A stretch of 64,000 bases of DNA from an uncultured Syntrophaceae bacterium (GTDB taxonomy: Bacteria; Desulfobacterota; Syntrophia; Syntrophales; UBA6807), in NCBI GenBank assembly GCA_964523565.1, contig CAZGAK010000004.1, positions 12,933 to 76,932 of the forward strand. Reading direction: 5' to 3'. Positions 1 through 9,988 of this stretch are shown here, in pieces (within the stretch, counting starts at the first letter, position 1; every line of letters starts with the position of its first letter). Under the pieces are notes generated by a model that saw only the letters and a program-made list of their open reading frames with translations, was not told where the DNA came from and ran no database searches. A program made the translations under genes and the position numbers.

Positions 1-534
1 AAGATTTGCAAGGAGATCGATCACGGAAGAGCGAAGATCATTTATCCTTTTTGACAGGTTTCCCCTGAGGTGGGAAAGAGCAAGATCAAGTCCCCTGTCT
101 GTTTTAGCCAGGATAAGGTCGATTACCGCCTCAGCCTGTGACAGGTCAAGCCGGTTATTGAGGAAAGCCCTTTTAGTAAATTCTCCCGGGTCCGCGAGAC
201 GTGCACCAGTCTTTATGACCTCATTAAGGACTGCTTCAAGGACGACCCGCCCACCATGACAATTAATTTCCAGAGTATCCTCTCCCGTATAGGAGAGAGG
301 TTTTCTCATAACAGAAAGCAGAACCTCATCGAGAATGGTACCCGTCGTGGGTGATACAATATCTCCGTAGTAAAGGTGATGACTTTTGAAAAAACGGGGA
401 GGGGTTCCCCTTGGTTTAAACAGAAGATGTCCGATTTTCTCTGACTTCGGACCACTGACCCGTATGATCCCTATGCCGCCCACGCCACGAGGTGTGGCTA
501 TGGCTGCTATTGTATCTTCTTGTAATCGTTTCAA
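1..534 (-). CDS. mnmE: tRNA modification GTPase MnmE (TrmE), N-terminal part; continues past left edge
   Basis: Minus frame reads (M)KRLQEDTIAAIATPRGVGGIGIIRVSGPKS..., the canonical MnmE N-terminus. The only in-frame start is TTG at 534, with TGA two codons upstream. It follows jag, as in the conserved cluster. Confidence 0.9.
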   Translation of the reverse strand, partial: MKRLQEDTIAAIATPRGVGGIGIIRVSGPKSEKIGHLLFKPRGTPPRFFKSHHLYYGDIVSPTTGTILDEVLLSVMRKPLSYTGEDTLEINCHGGRVVLEAVLNEVIKTGARLADPGEFTKRAFLNNRLDLSQAEAVIDLILAKTDRGLDLALSHLRGNLSKRINDLRSSVIDLLANL

Positions 535-558
535 GTTTCAAGTTTCAAGTTTCAAGTT
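529..558. repeat. Heptad tandem repeat (TTTCAAG)x4
   Basis: Four perfect 7-nt units were read directly. They abut or overlap the mnmE TTG start. Confidence 0.9.
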
Positions 559-689
559 AGCCACGGACTTAAAAACTAATGTAGCGTTGACCCAGAGGAA
601 GAAGTCCATGTCAGCCTGTGTGCGTCTGTGGCTAAAAAAGTACACTTAAACCGGTGCAATCAAGTTCAAAAACTCAAATATCCAGCACC

Positions 690-1427
690 CTATCCCTTTT
701 TGACAGGTAATATAATAATCTTTCTGAAGGTTCCCTCTCCACGGCTCCTTGTGATTAGCTGCCTGTCATCTTGCAGGGCCATATGAACTATTCTGCGATC
801 ATGGGCATTTAAGGGGTTAACAGTAACGGGCTTTTTCGTTCTTTTTACTTTTTCTCCAAGTTTTTCTGCCAGTGCGATGAGGGTTTTTTCTCTTCTCTTT
901 CTATAATCTTCCGTATCCAGAATAATCCTTTTCCGTTCTTTCCCATTTTTATTTGTTGCCTTATTTACCAGATACTGCAGGGCGTCCAGTGTCTGCCCCC
1001 CTCTGCCTATGAGAAGACCACTGCCGTCCCCTTCAATTTCTAAAGTGATGGATTCCGATGTTTCCTCTACCTGCACCGGATAATCGAGTCCCATTCGTTT
1101 GAGTATGCCATCGAGTTTTTCTCTTGCTCTCATTGCAAGATTTTCTTCAGATTCCTTGATCCCCGGTGAATCTATCTTCTGCAAATCTGAATCTTTGACG
1201 GTTTGCTCCATCTTTTCTTTTAGGGAACTTTCTATGTCAAGATCGATGGACATGATACTGGCCTTGATACAAGCCTTTTTTGATCCTACCAGGCCGAAAA
1301 AGCCAGAGGAACCTTCTGACATGATTTCTATATTCAATTTTTCCCTTGGCAGATTAAATTCTTTGCATGCTTTTTCGATAGCATCATCAATAGTTTTTCC
1401 TTCTATCTTCACAGTTTTCGCATCCAT
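690..1427 (-). CDS. jag: Jag/KhpB RNA-binding protein (Jag_N, KH, R3H)
   Basis: 245 aa. N-terminus MDAKTVKIEGKTIDDAIEKACKEF and C-terminal R3H-like segment NAHDRRIVHMALQ. It lies immediately downstream of yidC. Confidence 0.85.
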   Translation of the reverse strand: MDAKTVKIEGKTIDDAIEKACKEFNLPREKLNIEIMSEGSSGFFGLVGSKKACIKASIMSIDLDIESSLKEKMEQTVKDSDLQKIDSPGIKESEENLAMRAREKLDGILKRMGLDYPVQVEETSESITLEIEGDGSGLLIGRGGQTLDALQYLVNKATNKNGKERKRIILDTEDYRKRREKTLIALAEKLGEKVKRTKKPVTVNPLNAHDRRIVHMALQDDRQLITRSRGEGTFRKIIILPVKKG

Positions 1428-1442
1428 ATTAGTTGCCTCGTT

Positions 1443-3071
1443 TTAGGTCGCGCGCTTATTGACATAGTACTGCTGGCCGATGCTCAAAATATTGTTAAAC
1501 AGCCAATAGATCACCAATCCCGATGGAAAGTTTAAAAACATGAATGTAAAGATGATGGGCATCCACTGCATGAGCTTTGCCTGCATTTGATCCCCTCCGG
1601 GCTGGGGAGTCATCTTTTGCTGCAGGAACATGGTTGCTCCCATGATAATTGGTGTAATATAATAAGGATCTTTGGCAGACAGATCCTGTATCCAGAAGAG
1701 AAAGGGTGCGTGGCGAAGTTCAATTGAGTAGAGAAGCGTCTTATAAAGGCCGAAAAACACGGGAATCTGGATCAACATGGGGAGGCATCCACTCATGGGA
1801 TTTACCTTATATGCTTTATATAGCGCCATGACTTCCTGATTTACTTTTTGTTTATCGCCCTTATGCTTTTCACGAATTTCATTGATCTTTGGCTGAAGTT
1901 TTTGCATTCCTTTCATGGATTTATAGCTTATATTGCCCAGGGGCCAGAAAATGATTTTTACCAATAATGTCACTATAATAATTGCGAGGCCATAATTATG
2001 AATGTATTGGTAAATAAATTTAAGACATGCCAAAAGCGGCAGGGCAAGCCACTTTATCCAGGAACCGAAGTTGATAGAATTTTCAAGCCCCACCCCTTCT
2101 ACTTTGAGAACATTGTAATCCTTGGGACCAAGGTATAAAGCATACTTAAACGTACCGGATTGTCCTGGCAAAATAATGTTTTTAGGACCTTCCAGATTTA
2201 CAGAAACGAGACTTCTTGAGTCTTTGGATATAACAAGATTCGTAAGCGTGGGTTGCTGAGGTATAGAGGAAGCTATAAAGTACTTGCTCTCGAACCCTCC
2301 CCACGACACATCAGGGCCGAAGACCTCTGGGGGGCCGAGTTTTTTGATTTTTTCGGTATGAATTTTATCCTTTAAATAAAATACAGGACCTTCATGACTG
2401 TAACTGTCTATTTTGATTTCAGGGTCAACATATTGATTCCAGCTGAGGAGTGCGCTTTCTTTGATGATGCCCTTAGACAAGTTTTCAACATTTACATCGA
2501 GGTCAAATAGGTACTTTTCCGGATAGAAGGTGTAAATCTTTTCAATCTTTATTTCTCCCGGAAATGACCGGGTAAAGATTAATTTTTTTTCATTCATTTT
2601 TTTAGTGAGATCCAGGGAGGTTTCATCTGTTCTGAAAATCATATTCGGATCGATATCTACACTTGATTTTGGAAACGATACCCCCAAAGGATAATCCGTG
2701 TCTTCATTAAGATTCACTAATTCAACGAGTTTAGAATCCTCACCAAGACTGTTACGGTAATTTTTTAATTTGAAAGATTTAAGGGCTCCGCCCTTTGTAT
2801 TGAAGATAGCCGAATAAAGGAGAGTTTCAACTTTTATATCTTTTCCAACAGCCCTGGCATCTTCCCCTCTTACTAATGATTTTTGGGGAGAAGAGGCCTT
2901 CTCTGTTATGACTTTCTCTTTCTTTATTTCCTCATTAGCGGTAATATCGCCCGATTCCTGCACAGATGTAAGTCCCTGTTGCTCGGGAACAGGTTTTTTC
3001 AAAAAAAAGTATTGATAGCCCATCACTAACAATAATGACAGGACTACAGCAAATATTGTCCTCTTGTCCAT
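1443..3071 (-). CDS. yidC: Membrane protein insertase YidC
   Basis: Long periplasmic domain plus the conserved C-terminal 60-kDa IMP region (GCLPMLIQIPVFFGLY). I chose the start at MDKRTIFAVVLSLLL (3071) rather than the ORF-track start at 3146, which overlaps yidD. Confidence 0.9.
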   Translation of the reverse strand: MDKRTIFAVVLSLLLVMGYQYFFLKKPVPEQQGLTSVQESGDITANEEIKKEKVITEKASSPQKSLVRGEDARAVGKDIKVETLLYSAIFNTKGGALKSFKLKNYRNSLGEDSKLVELVNLNEDTDYPLGVSFPKSSVDIDPNMIFRTDETSLDLTKKMNEKKLIFTRSFPGEIKIEKIYTFYPEKYLFDLDVNVENLSKGIIKESALLSWNQYVDPEIKIDSYSHEGPVFYLKDKIHTEKIKKLGPPEVFGPDVSWGGFESKYFIASSIPQQPTLTNLVISKDSRSLVSVNLEGPKNIILPGQSGTFKYALYLGPKDYNVLKVEGVGLENSINFGSWIKWLALPLLACLKFIYQYIHNYGLAIIIVTLLVKIIFWPLGNISYKSMKGMQKLQPKINEIREKHKGDKQKVNQEVMALYKAYKVNPMSGCLPMLIQIPVFFGLYKTLLYSIELRHAPFLFWIQDLSAKDPYYITPIIMGATMFLQQKMTPQPGGDQMQAKLMQWMPIIFTFMFLNFPSGLVIYWLFNNILSIGQQYYVNKRAT

Positions 3072-3103
3072 ATAGAGACCTCCGTTCTCGTAACCCGTTG
3101 CAA

Positions 3104-3328
3104 TTATTCTACGGGATCGTAACCACCGGGATTTAGGGGATGACACCGAAGTAGACGCTTCAGGCCAAGGGAAAAACCCTTGAAAGGGCCAAAACGTTTA
3201 ATGGCTGTTACCGTGTACTCGGAGCATGTTGGATAAAAACGGCAACTACGGGGGAAAAGGGGTGATATAGCTATCTGGTAAGATCTTATAAAAAAGATAA
3301 AAATCTTTTCCAAAATTTGTGCAATCAT
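3104..3328 (-). CDS. yidD: Membrane protein insertion efficiency factor YidD
   Basis: 74 aa with [10 protein letters not shown] and the GGYDPV motif. It sits between rnpA and yidC. Confidence 0.9.
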   Translation of the reverse strand: MIAQILEKIFIFFIRSYQIAISPLFPRSCRFYPTCSEYTVTAIKRFGPFKGFSLGLKRLLRCHPLNPGGYDPVE

Positions 3329-3332
3329 TATT

Positions 3333-3680
3333 TCAAATATCAGCTCTCTCTAAAAAGAGATCTTCCAGTTCCACACAAACGTCCTGATATTTGAGAAAAG
3401 GAATATCTTTCTTTACGATGATTACTATATCTTGTGAATCAGGCAACTTGTCTTTATTCAATCTGAAAAATTCTCTTAATAGACGCTTAATCCTGTTTCT
3501 CTTTACCGAATTCCCAACCTTCTTGGTAACCGTAATCCCCAGCCTTTTTGTTCCCGATTGGTTGCGACTCAAAATGATGATGAAGTTCTTCGAGTCAATC
3601 CTTGTCCCGTTTTGATATATTTCTAAGTAGTCTTTTCTCTTACGTATTCTCTCATCTTTGCCAAAAGAATATGTTTTCAT
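3333..3680 (-). CDS. rnpA: Ribonuclease P protein component
   Basis: 115 aa and basic, with an [21 protein letters not shown] motif. It is downstream of rpmH. Confidence 0.9.
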   Translation of the reverse strand: MKTYSFGKDERIRKRKDYLEIYQNGTRIDSKNFIIILSRNQSGTKRLGITVTKKVGNSVKRNRIKRLLREFFRLNKDKLPDSQDIVIIVKKDIPFLKYQDVCVELEDLFLERADI

Positions 3681-3745
3681 TCTATAACGGCAGGACTAAA
3701 CTCTAATTTTCGCTGGTCGCATTTACTTGTCTTTAACGTAACTGG

Positions 3746-3883
3746 TTAAACGGCAAGCCTTTTTCTACCCTTTGCTCTTCTTCTGTTAAGGACCGCTCTG
3801 CCGCCCTTCGTGGCCATCCTCGAACGAAATCCGTGAACCCTTTTTCTCTTGAGATTGCTTTTGTGCGTTAAATTCTTTTTCAT
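3746..3883 (-). CDS. rpmH: 50S ribosomal protein L34
   Basis: Not in the ORF track because it is under 60 aa. Hand translation gives [45 protein letters not shown] (45 aa). Confidence 0.9.
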   Translation of the reverse strand: MKKNLTHKSNLKRKRVHGFRSRMATKGGRAVLNRRRAKGRKRLAV

Positions 3884-3983
3884 AAAATGAACCCCACTCG
3901 AAATCTATAAGCAGAGTTTTAGATCATAGTTGAAATTATTTGTCAAGTTGTAATTATATTTGCTCATGCTTCTATAGAAGTTC

Positions 3984-4013
3984 TTGCCAATTCAGTTTAA
4001 ATGTTCTTATAAT
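3984..4013 (+). promoter_or_regulatory. Candidate sigma-70 promoter for uvrB
   Basis: TTGCCA, 18 nt, then TATAAT, about 47 nt upstream of the uvrB ATG. Confidence 0.35.
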
Positions 4014-4059
4014 TCCGCGGATAGCATAATCATTATTAGCAAAGAACACAAGAAATTAA

Positions 4060-6063
4060 ATGAACAAACTTAATATAGTTACAGATTTTGAACCCAGGGG
4101 CGACCAGCCGCGGGCAATCGGGAAGCTTGTTGAAGGTATTGCAAAGGGTTCTGAACACCAGGTGCTCCTTGGAGTCACCGGTTCAGGCAAGACGTTCACC
4201 ATAGCAAATGTCATCGAAAAAACACAGAGACCTGCCCTTGTCATAGCTCACAACAAGACTCTTGCAGCCCAGCTCTACGGCGAATTCAAAATTCTTTTTC
4301 CCGATAATGCTGTAGAGTATTTCGTCAGCTATTACGATTACTACCAGCCGGAGGCCTATCTGCCGAGCACCGACACATATATTGAAAAAGACGCATCCAT
4401 TAATGAAGAAATAGACAGGATGCGACATTCCGCCACCCGTTCCCTTTTTGAGAGAAGCGACGTCATAATTGTGGCCAGTGTATCCTGCATATACGGAATC
4501 GGCTCTCCCGATGAATATTACGGGATGCTCGTGTCGCTGAAAGAGGGGATGGAAATTGAGCGCAACGATTTTTTAAAAAGACTGGTAGAGATACAGTACA
4601 GGCGAAACGATACGGATTTTCACAGGGGTACCTTCCGCGTCCGGGGTGATGTTGTGGAGATCTTTCCCCCGTACGAGGATGAACAGGTTATCAGGGTGGA
4701 ATTTTTTGGAGATACCGTTGAATCCATATCGATCGTTGATCCGCTGCGGGGAAAGAGGATCGAAAAAGTCAGAAAAATTGCAGTGTATCCCGGCAGTCAT
4801 TATGTAACAACGAAAAATAATATGAAAAGGGCCATTACTGCAATAAGAGAAGAACTGGAAATACGACTTAAGGAGCTGGAAGCACAGAACAAGCTTCTTG
4901 AGGCCCAGCGGCTCGAACAGCGGACGAGATTCGATATTGAAATGATGGAGGAGATGGGATACTGTCAGGGTATCGAAAATTATTCCCGCCACCTGACCGG
5001 TCGAAAACCGGGGGAACCGCCACCGACACTTATGGAATATTTACATGAGAATGCCCTGGTTATCATTGATGAAAGTCATGCAACGGTTCCGCAACTGCGT
5101 GGAATGTATAACGGGGACAGATCCAGAAAGAACACTCTGGTGAATTACGGATTTCGACTCCCCTCGGCTTTGGATAACCGCCCCCTTGAGTTTTCCGAGT
5201 TTGAAGCATTTTTCTATCGAAAGATTTATGTATCGGCAACCCCCGCAGCCTACGAACTGGAAAAATCGGGGAGGAGGGTTGTTGAGCAGATTATCAGGCC
5301 GACCGGGCTGATTGACCCCGAGGTTGTCGTCAAACCTGCCAGTCACCAGGTTGACAACCTGCTCGGCCAAATCAAAAAACGGATCGAAGCAAAGGAACGT
5401 GTTCTCGTCACAACCATGACAAAGAGGATGGCCGAAAACCTCACAGAATATTACCGGGGACTGGGCATCAGAGTCCGGTATCTGCACTCTGATATTAAAA
5501 CACTGGAGCGTGTGAGTATTATCAGGGATCTGAGAAAAGGTGAATTTGATGTTCTCATCGGCGTCAATCTTTTAAGAGAAGGTCTGGATATTCCGGAGGT
5601 TTCTCTGGTAGCCATTCTGGATGCGGATAAAGAGGGTTTTTTACGTTCCGAACGGTCTCTGATACAGACCAGCGGTCGCGCTGCAAGGAATATAAATGGT
5701 CAGGTCATCATGTACGCCGATACGGTGACAAAGTCGATTCAGGCGTGTCTTGATGAAACGAAAAGACGCAGAAAAATACAGCAGGAATTTAACAGAAAAA
5801 ACGGGATCACACCTGAAACCATCAAAAAATCAATACACGATATCCTCGCTTCCGTGTATGAGACGGATTATCTGACCATTTCGACCGTAGCGGAGGAAAT
5901 GGAAGAGTACGTTTCAGAAAAAGATATTCCCGTCATGATCAAGAAACTGACCCGGCAAATGAAGGAAGCATCAAAGAATCTGGAATTTGAGGAAGCGGCA
6001 AGAATACGAGACAGAATCAAGGATCTCTCCGCACTGGATCTGGAAATAAGAGAGGTGATTTGA
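4060..6063 (+). CDS. uvrB: Excinuclease ABC subunit B
   Basis: 667 aa with Walker [10 protein letters not shown], helicase motifs and a C-terminal UVR domain ([13 protein letters not shown]). Confidence 0.97.
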   Translation: MNKLNIVTDFEPRGDQPRAIGKLVEGIAKGSEHQVLLGVTGSGKTFTIANVIEKTQRPALVIAHNKTLAAQLYGEFKILFPDNAVEYFVSYYDYYQPEAYLPSTDTYIEKDASINEEIDRMRHSATRSLFERSDVIIVASVSCIYGIGSPDEYYGMLVSLKEGMEIERNDFLKRLVEIQYRRNDTDFHRGTFRVRGDVVEIFPPYEDEQVIRVEFFGDTVESISIVDPLRGKRIEKVRKIAVYPGSHYVTTKNNMKRAITAIREELEIRLKELEAQNKLLEAQRLEQRTRFDIEMMEEMGYCQGIENYSRHLTGRKPGEPPPTLMEYLHENALVIIDESHATVPQLRGMYNGDRSRKNTLVNYGFRLPSALDNRPLEFSEFEAFFYRKIYVSATPAAYELEKSGRRVVEQIIRPTGLIDPEVVVKPASHQVDNLLGQIKKRIEAKERVLVTTMTKRMAENLTEYYRGLGIRVRYLHSDIKTLERVSIIRDLRKGEFDVLIGVNLLREGLDIPEVSLVAILDADKEGFLRSERSLIQTSGRAARNINGQVIMYADTVTKSIQACLDETKRRRKIQQEFNRKNGITPETIKKSIHDILASVYETDYLTISTVAEEMEEYVSEKDIPVMIKKLTRQMKEASKNLEFEEAARIRDRIKDLSALDLEIREVI

Positions 6064-6069
6064 ATTAGT

Positions 6070-6093
6070 GGTCATCCAGAAATGGCCTTTTTT
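6070..6093 (+). terminator. Weak rho-independent terminator after uvrB
   Basis: GGTCAT/ATGGCC stem (one G-U pair), 6-nt loop, then T6. Confidence 0.4.
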
Positions 6094-6142
6094 CACAATC
6101 TCTGCGTCAGATTCAGATTTTAATCCTCGAAATACTCAATTG
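6088..6142 (+). mobile_element. Truncated MITE-like element, family 2 (left half only)
   Basis: ccttttttcacaatctctgcgtcagattcagattttaatcctcgaaatactcaattg aligns with the left half of the 45922-46065 copy. It is interrupted at 6143 by a family-1 element. Confidence 0.55.
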
Positions 6143-6314
6143 ATGATTCTGTTGATTTATGAGGATTTTCGTTCAAGATCAAGGCATGCGAAAAAAATAA
6201 CCGCAGGTGCCCCGCAGGAAATGCCCTTGGGGTGCATATAGTTGATATTCCGAGGATTATTTTGTGAGCATAACGCAGAGATTGGGTGAAAAGACCATTA
6301 ATCAACAGAATCAT
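6143..6314 (-). mobile_element. MITE-like element, family 1 (172 bp)
   Basis: Terminal inverted repeats ATGATTCTGTTGAT...ATCAACAGAATCAT. It is near-identical (reverse orientation) to 48524-48668, apart from 5 substitutions and a 27-nt insertion. Confidence 0.75.
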
Positions 6315-6341
6315 TGATTACCAGATGGGGGGATAAGAACA

Positions 6342-7049
6342 TTGGATAAGAGTTCGAAGACAATACAGCGCATGTTTGACGAAATAGCTCCAACCTATGA
6401 TTCCGCGAACCAGCGCCTCTCCCTCTCTATAGACACCCTCTGGAGACTGAAAACCGTCAGGGCACTCGGAATTAAAAGCAAGGACGTGATTCTGGATATT
6501 GCCACCGGTACCGGCGGCCTGGCAATGCTGGCTTTGAAGAAAAACGCCGGTTGCCGAATCGTGGGAGTAGACCTGTCGGGGAAGATGCTTGGCCTGGCGG
6601 CAAACAAGCGAAACAAAGAAGGATGCCGCGACCGGTATGCCCTTTTGAAGGGTGATGCCTGCCACATGCCTTTCCAGGGGAGTGTTTTTGACCACGCCAT
6701 GATCGGTTTCGGACTCAGAAACGTAGCCCATATGGAAAATCTGTTCAAAGAGAGCAGCAGGGTCCTCAAGAAGGGGGGGAAACTGGCGGTTCTTGAATTT
6801 TCCCTGCCACAACAACATTTCATAAATCAATTATACCTTGTATACTTCAAAAGAATACTCCCCTTTCTGGGTGGAATCATTTCGGGAAAAAGAGAAGCTT
6901 ACCGTTATCTAAGGGATTCTGTAATGGCCTTCGATTCACCCGGTGAACTTGAATACAAAATGAGGAAGCTGGGGTTCAGAATCGTCGAATCGTTACCCCT
7001 GTGGTTCGGCATCTGTCATTTATACGTTGCAGAAAATACAGGCATGTGA
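6342..7049 (+). CDS. ubiE: Demethylmenaquinone/ubiquinone C-methyltransferase family (UbiE/MenG)
   Basis: MFDEIAPTYDSANQRLSLSIDTLWR and the SAM motif ILDIATGTGGLA. TTG start at 6342 with a G-rich SD; ATG at 6372 is an alternative. Confidence 0.85.
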   Translation: MDKSSKTIQRMFDEIAPTYDSANQRLSLSIDTLWRLKTVRALGIKSKDVILDIATGTGGLAMLALKKNAGCRIVGVDLSGKMLGLAANKRNKEGCRDRYALLKGDACHMPFQGSVFDHAMIGFGLRNVAHMENLFKESSRVLKKGGKLAVLEFSLPQQHFINQLYLVYFKRILPFLGGIISGKREAYRYLRDSVMAFDSPGELEYKMRKLGFRIVESLPLWFGICHLYVAENTGM

Positions 7050-7206
7050 GGGATATTACCGTGAGGGAAAATCGAGCGGTAATTGACGCTTCCAGAAAAG
7101 GAGTGGAAGATGGTCATCCGCGGCCCTGGCCGGAGGACATCGTGATGAGCCGGGAAATCAAAGAGAGAGTTACAGAGAGAATAGAAGAACCTGGTCTCTT
7201 ATAATC

Positions 7207-9045
7207 ATGACGGATACCTTGAAATACAAGATAAAAAACGCCCCCGGAATAACGGGGGTCTATCTCATGAAGGATGAACATAATAAGGTCATCTATGTGG
7301 GAAAGTCAAAAAATCTCAGGACGAGAATCCGTTCCTATTTCGGAGGGAAGGATTCAAGACCTATGATTCCTTTTCTTGTATCCAGAATTCATGATCTCGA
7401 ATTTATCGTTACGGATACGGAAAAAGAAGCGCTGATTCTGGAAAATACCCTGATCAAAAAATACAGGCCCCGCTACAACGTCAATTTCAGAGATGACAAG
7501 AACTATTTCAGCATAAAGATAGACTTCAAGGAAAAATTCCCCCCCTTTCAATTGGTGAGGCGCATAAAAAAAGACGGAGCGAAGTATTTTGGTCCCTATT
7601 CCTCCAGTGCCGCAGTAAAAGAAACCCTCCATTTTCTCCAGCAGATTTTCCCCCTTCGAACATGCAGGGATATGGAATTTAGCGCCAGAACAAGGCCCTG
7701 TATAGAATTTGAGATAAAAAGGTGCCTTGCTCCATGTTGCGATCTTGTTGAAAGCGAAGATTATCAGAAACTTGTAGAAGACGCCGTCCTCTTTATGGAA
7801 GGCCATGGGAAAAAACTGATCTCCGAACTGAAATCAAGAATGAAGACAACGGCAGACGATCTGAATTTTGAAGAGGCAACTGTAATAAGAGACAGAATCA
7901 GTGCCATCACGACAACCCTTGAAAAGCAGAGGGCCGTTTCCATGTCCTTCAGGGATCAGGATGTCTTTGGCGTTTACAGGTCAGGTAACCAGCTCCAGAT
8001 GTGCATTCTCTACATCAGAAACGGGAGTATTCTGGGTATAAAGAATTTTCCTCTCGTTAAAATAGGAGTCGATTCGTCGGAGGTTCTTTCTTCTCTTCTG
8101 AAGCAGTATTATGACGGAGAGGTATTTATCCCGCACGAGATCATTATCCCTGAGAATATTGAGGATAGAAAGGTCATTGAGGAATGGCTGACGGAAAAAA
8201 GAAAGGGTGGAAAGGTTTCTGTAATCGTTCCCAAAAGAGGAGAAAGGGTGAATCTTCTCACTATAGCTGCAAATAATGCCGAAAATGCCTTCAATATGGA
8301 GAGGATTCACGAAGCCGATGAAGAAAAAGCCCTTAAAGTTTTAGCGGAGCGGCTTCACTTGAAAAAGATGCCTCACCGGATCGAGTGTTTCGATATATCG
8401 AATGTGGGTGGCAGGTACGCCGTCGGATCAATGGTAACTTTTCTCGAAGGGAAGCCCGAAAAGTCAGGTTACAGACGTTTCAAAATTCAGACTGTAATCG
8501 GCGCGGATGATTACTCCATGATATATGAGGTTTTAAGAAGACGTTACCGGAATACAGAGAATCTTCCTGACCTCATTGTTGTTGACGGCGGGAAGGGTCA
8601 GCTTAATGTAGCGCTCAATGTTTTACGGGAACTGGAAATAAAAGAAATGGATGTCATTGGTCTGGCAAAGGAATCGCGTTCGATCTCCGGAAAGAATAAA
8701 ACCATTATCCACAAAGAAGAAGATCGGGTGTATCTGCCTGACAGAAAAAACCCCGTATATCTTTCACGGCATCCCATCGCACTCTTTCTCCTCCAGAGAG
8801 TAAGGGATGAGGCCCATCGCTTTGCCGTATCATACCATCGAAAATTGAAGGAAAAAATGGATTTTCGATCCATTGTTGATGAAATTCCGGGAATCGGCGA
8901 TTTCAGAAAAAAGGCGCTGCTCAGCTATTTCAAGGATGTAGAAAAAATCAAAAAGGCATCAAGGAAAGATTTAGAGAAAATTCCCGGAATCGGCGAAGAA
9001 ACAGCCGACAGGATTTTTAATCATTTTCACAAACAGTCCAGATAG
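7207..9045 (+). CDS. uvrC: Excinuclease ABC subunit C
   Basis: GIY-YIG N-terminus (GVYLMKDEHNKVIYVGKSKNLRTRIRSY), a UVR domain (FEEATVIRDRI) and a C-terminal HhH. Confidence 0.95.
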   Translation: MTDTLKYKIKNAPGITGVYLMKDEHNKVIYVGKSKNLRTRIRSYFGGKDSRPMIPFLVSRIHDLEFIVTDTEKEALILENTLIKKYRPRYNVNFRDDKNYFSIKIDFKEKFPPFQLVRRIKKDGAKYFGPYSSSAAVKETLHFLQQIFPLRTCRDMEFSARTRPCIEFEIKRCLAPCCDLVESEDYQKLVEDAVLFMEGHGKKLISELKSRMKTTADDLNFEEATVIRDRISAITTTLEKQRAVSMSFRDQDVFGVYRSGNQLQMCILYIRNGSILGIKNFPLVKIGVDSSEVLSSLLKQYYDGEVFIPHEIIIPENIEDRKVIEEWLTEKRKGGKVSVIVPKRGERVNLLTIAANNAENAFNMERIHEADEEKALKVLAERLHLKKMPHRIECFDISNVGGRYAVGSMVTFLEGKPEKSGYRRFKIQTVIGADDYSMIYEVLRRRYRNTENLPDLIVVDGGKGQLNVALNVLRELEIKEMDVIGLAKESRSISGKNKTIIHKEEDRVYLPDRKNPVYLSRHPIALFLLQRVRDEAHRFAVSYHRKLKEKMDFRSIVDEIPGIGDFRKKALLSYFKDVEKIKKASRKDLEKIPGIGEETADRIFNHFHKQSR

Positions 9046-9095
9046 TTTTGGATCAGGTGTTTTGGGTTTAGTATAAAGCGGAGAGCATATATTAA

Positions 9096-9656
9096 ATGAG
9101 TTTTCTGTCGATTTTATTCATTGCCGTCGGATTGGGGATGGATGCCTTTGCCGTAGCCATAGGCGCAGGGGTTGTCATCAGGAAACTTTCATTCGGTCAT
9201 GTCTTTCGACTTTCCTTTCATTTCGGCCTGTTCCAGTTTTTAATGCCCATCATCGGCTGGCTTGCCGGCAGGACTATCTCAGATTACATCATAAATTATG
9301 ATCATTGGATTGCATTCTTCCTCCTCGTATTTATCGGAGGAAAGATGATATGGGATGCTTTCAAGAAAGACGATGGCAAGATTGCGCAGGCAGATCCAAC
9401 AAAAGGGATTAGCCTTATCATTCTATCGATCGCCACCAGTATTGATGCCCTCGCCGTAGGGCTCAGCCTCGCCTTTTTAAACATCACGATTTTGTATCCG
9501 AGTATCGTAATCGGTATCGTTGCCGCCATAATGACGATAATTGGAATATTATTCGGGAAAGGCCTGGGTAGAATTGTGGGTAAAAAAGTCGGGATTCTCG
9601 GTGGTCTTATTCTGATCGGTATCGGGATAAAGATCCTGATAGAACATCTTGTTTGA
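9096..9656 (+). CDS. mntP: Manganese efflux pump MntP
   Basis: 186 aa and polytopic, with a duplicated DUF204-like motif (GMDAFAVAIG ... SIDALAVGLS). Confidence 0.85.
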   Translation: MSFLSILFIAVGLGMDAFAVAIGAGVVIRKLSFGHVFRLSFHFGLFQFLMPIIGWLAGRTISDYIINYDHWIAFFLLVFIGGKMIWDAFKKDDGKIAQADPTKGISLIILSIATSIDALAVGLSLAFLNITILYPSIVIGIVAAIMTIIGILFGKGLGRIVGKKVGILGGLILIGIGIKILIEHLV

Positions 9657-9737
9657 TGAGAGTGATCAATTATTCCGGAAAGATCAACTGCGATAGAAAA
9701 AGCCGAACCACCAGGTTCAATAAATAGGCAATAAATA

Positions 9738-9988
9738 GGGACTGCGACAATACTGTCCGGTATGAATATTGCGTTTGTTTCCCCCTTTACTTTAATCGGT
9801 AACATGGATCCCGCAAATGGTGGGATTTGTCCGCATCGTCATCATATGCACGGACAAACAAGTTTGTCCATGCCACCCAGCATTTGTAGGGGCCGATGCC
9901 CTCATCGGCCCGTTGATATCGGCCCGTTCGGGGAACGGGCCCTACAGGGGAAAGCAATATTCATACCGGACAGTATTGGGACTGCGAC
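9738..9988. mobile_element. Non-autonomous TIR element (229 bp) flanked by 11-bp direct repeats
   Basis: Perfect 24-bp TIRs AATACTGTCCGGTATGAATATTGC (9749-9772) and its reverse complement (9954-9977). Perfect direct repeats GGGACTGCGAC at 9738-9748 and 9978-9988. The interior is GC-rich with several hairpins and has no plausible ORF. Confidence 0.7.

Noticed and set aside
529-558. Heptad tracts considered as a CRISPR array or minisatellite
   Set aside because: The period is 7 nt with no spacers and each tract is 42 nt or shorter, so they are not CRISPR.
386-649. 87-aa plus-strand ORF
   Set aside because: It is antisense to the clear mnmE N-terminus. Part of it merely translates the heptad repeat (RFKFQVSSFKL). 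TTG start and no SD.
3072-3146. N-terminal extension of yidC in the ORF track (start 3146)
   Set aside because: The extension overlaps yidD and precedes the natural signal-anchor start MDKRTIFAVVLSLLL, so the ATG at 3071 was used.
3884-4059. Looked for dnaA/oriC next to rpmH, the usual neighbourhood of this cluster
   Set aside because: The neighbour is uvrB, and I saw no TTATCCACA-type DnaA boxes in the spacer, so there is no evidence for an origin here.
6120-6314. 64-aa ORF MILLINGLF... inside the family-1 MITE, with a 55-aa counterpart at 48524-48691 and an in-frame 27-nt indel
   Set aside because: Between the two copies, 4 of 5 substitutions are nonsynonymous and the C-termini differ. 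The open frame is most simply a by-product of near-identical repeat sequence.
6318-6830. 170-aa and 142-aa minus-strand ORFs
   Set aside because: They are antisense to the well-supported ubiE methyltransferase and show no motifs.
7001-7204. 67-aa ORF between ubiE and uvrC
   Set aside because: It overlaps the ubiE 3' end out of frame, and has no SD or recognisable motif. I cannot exclude a small protein but cannot support one.
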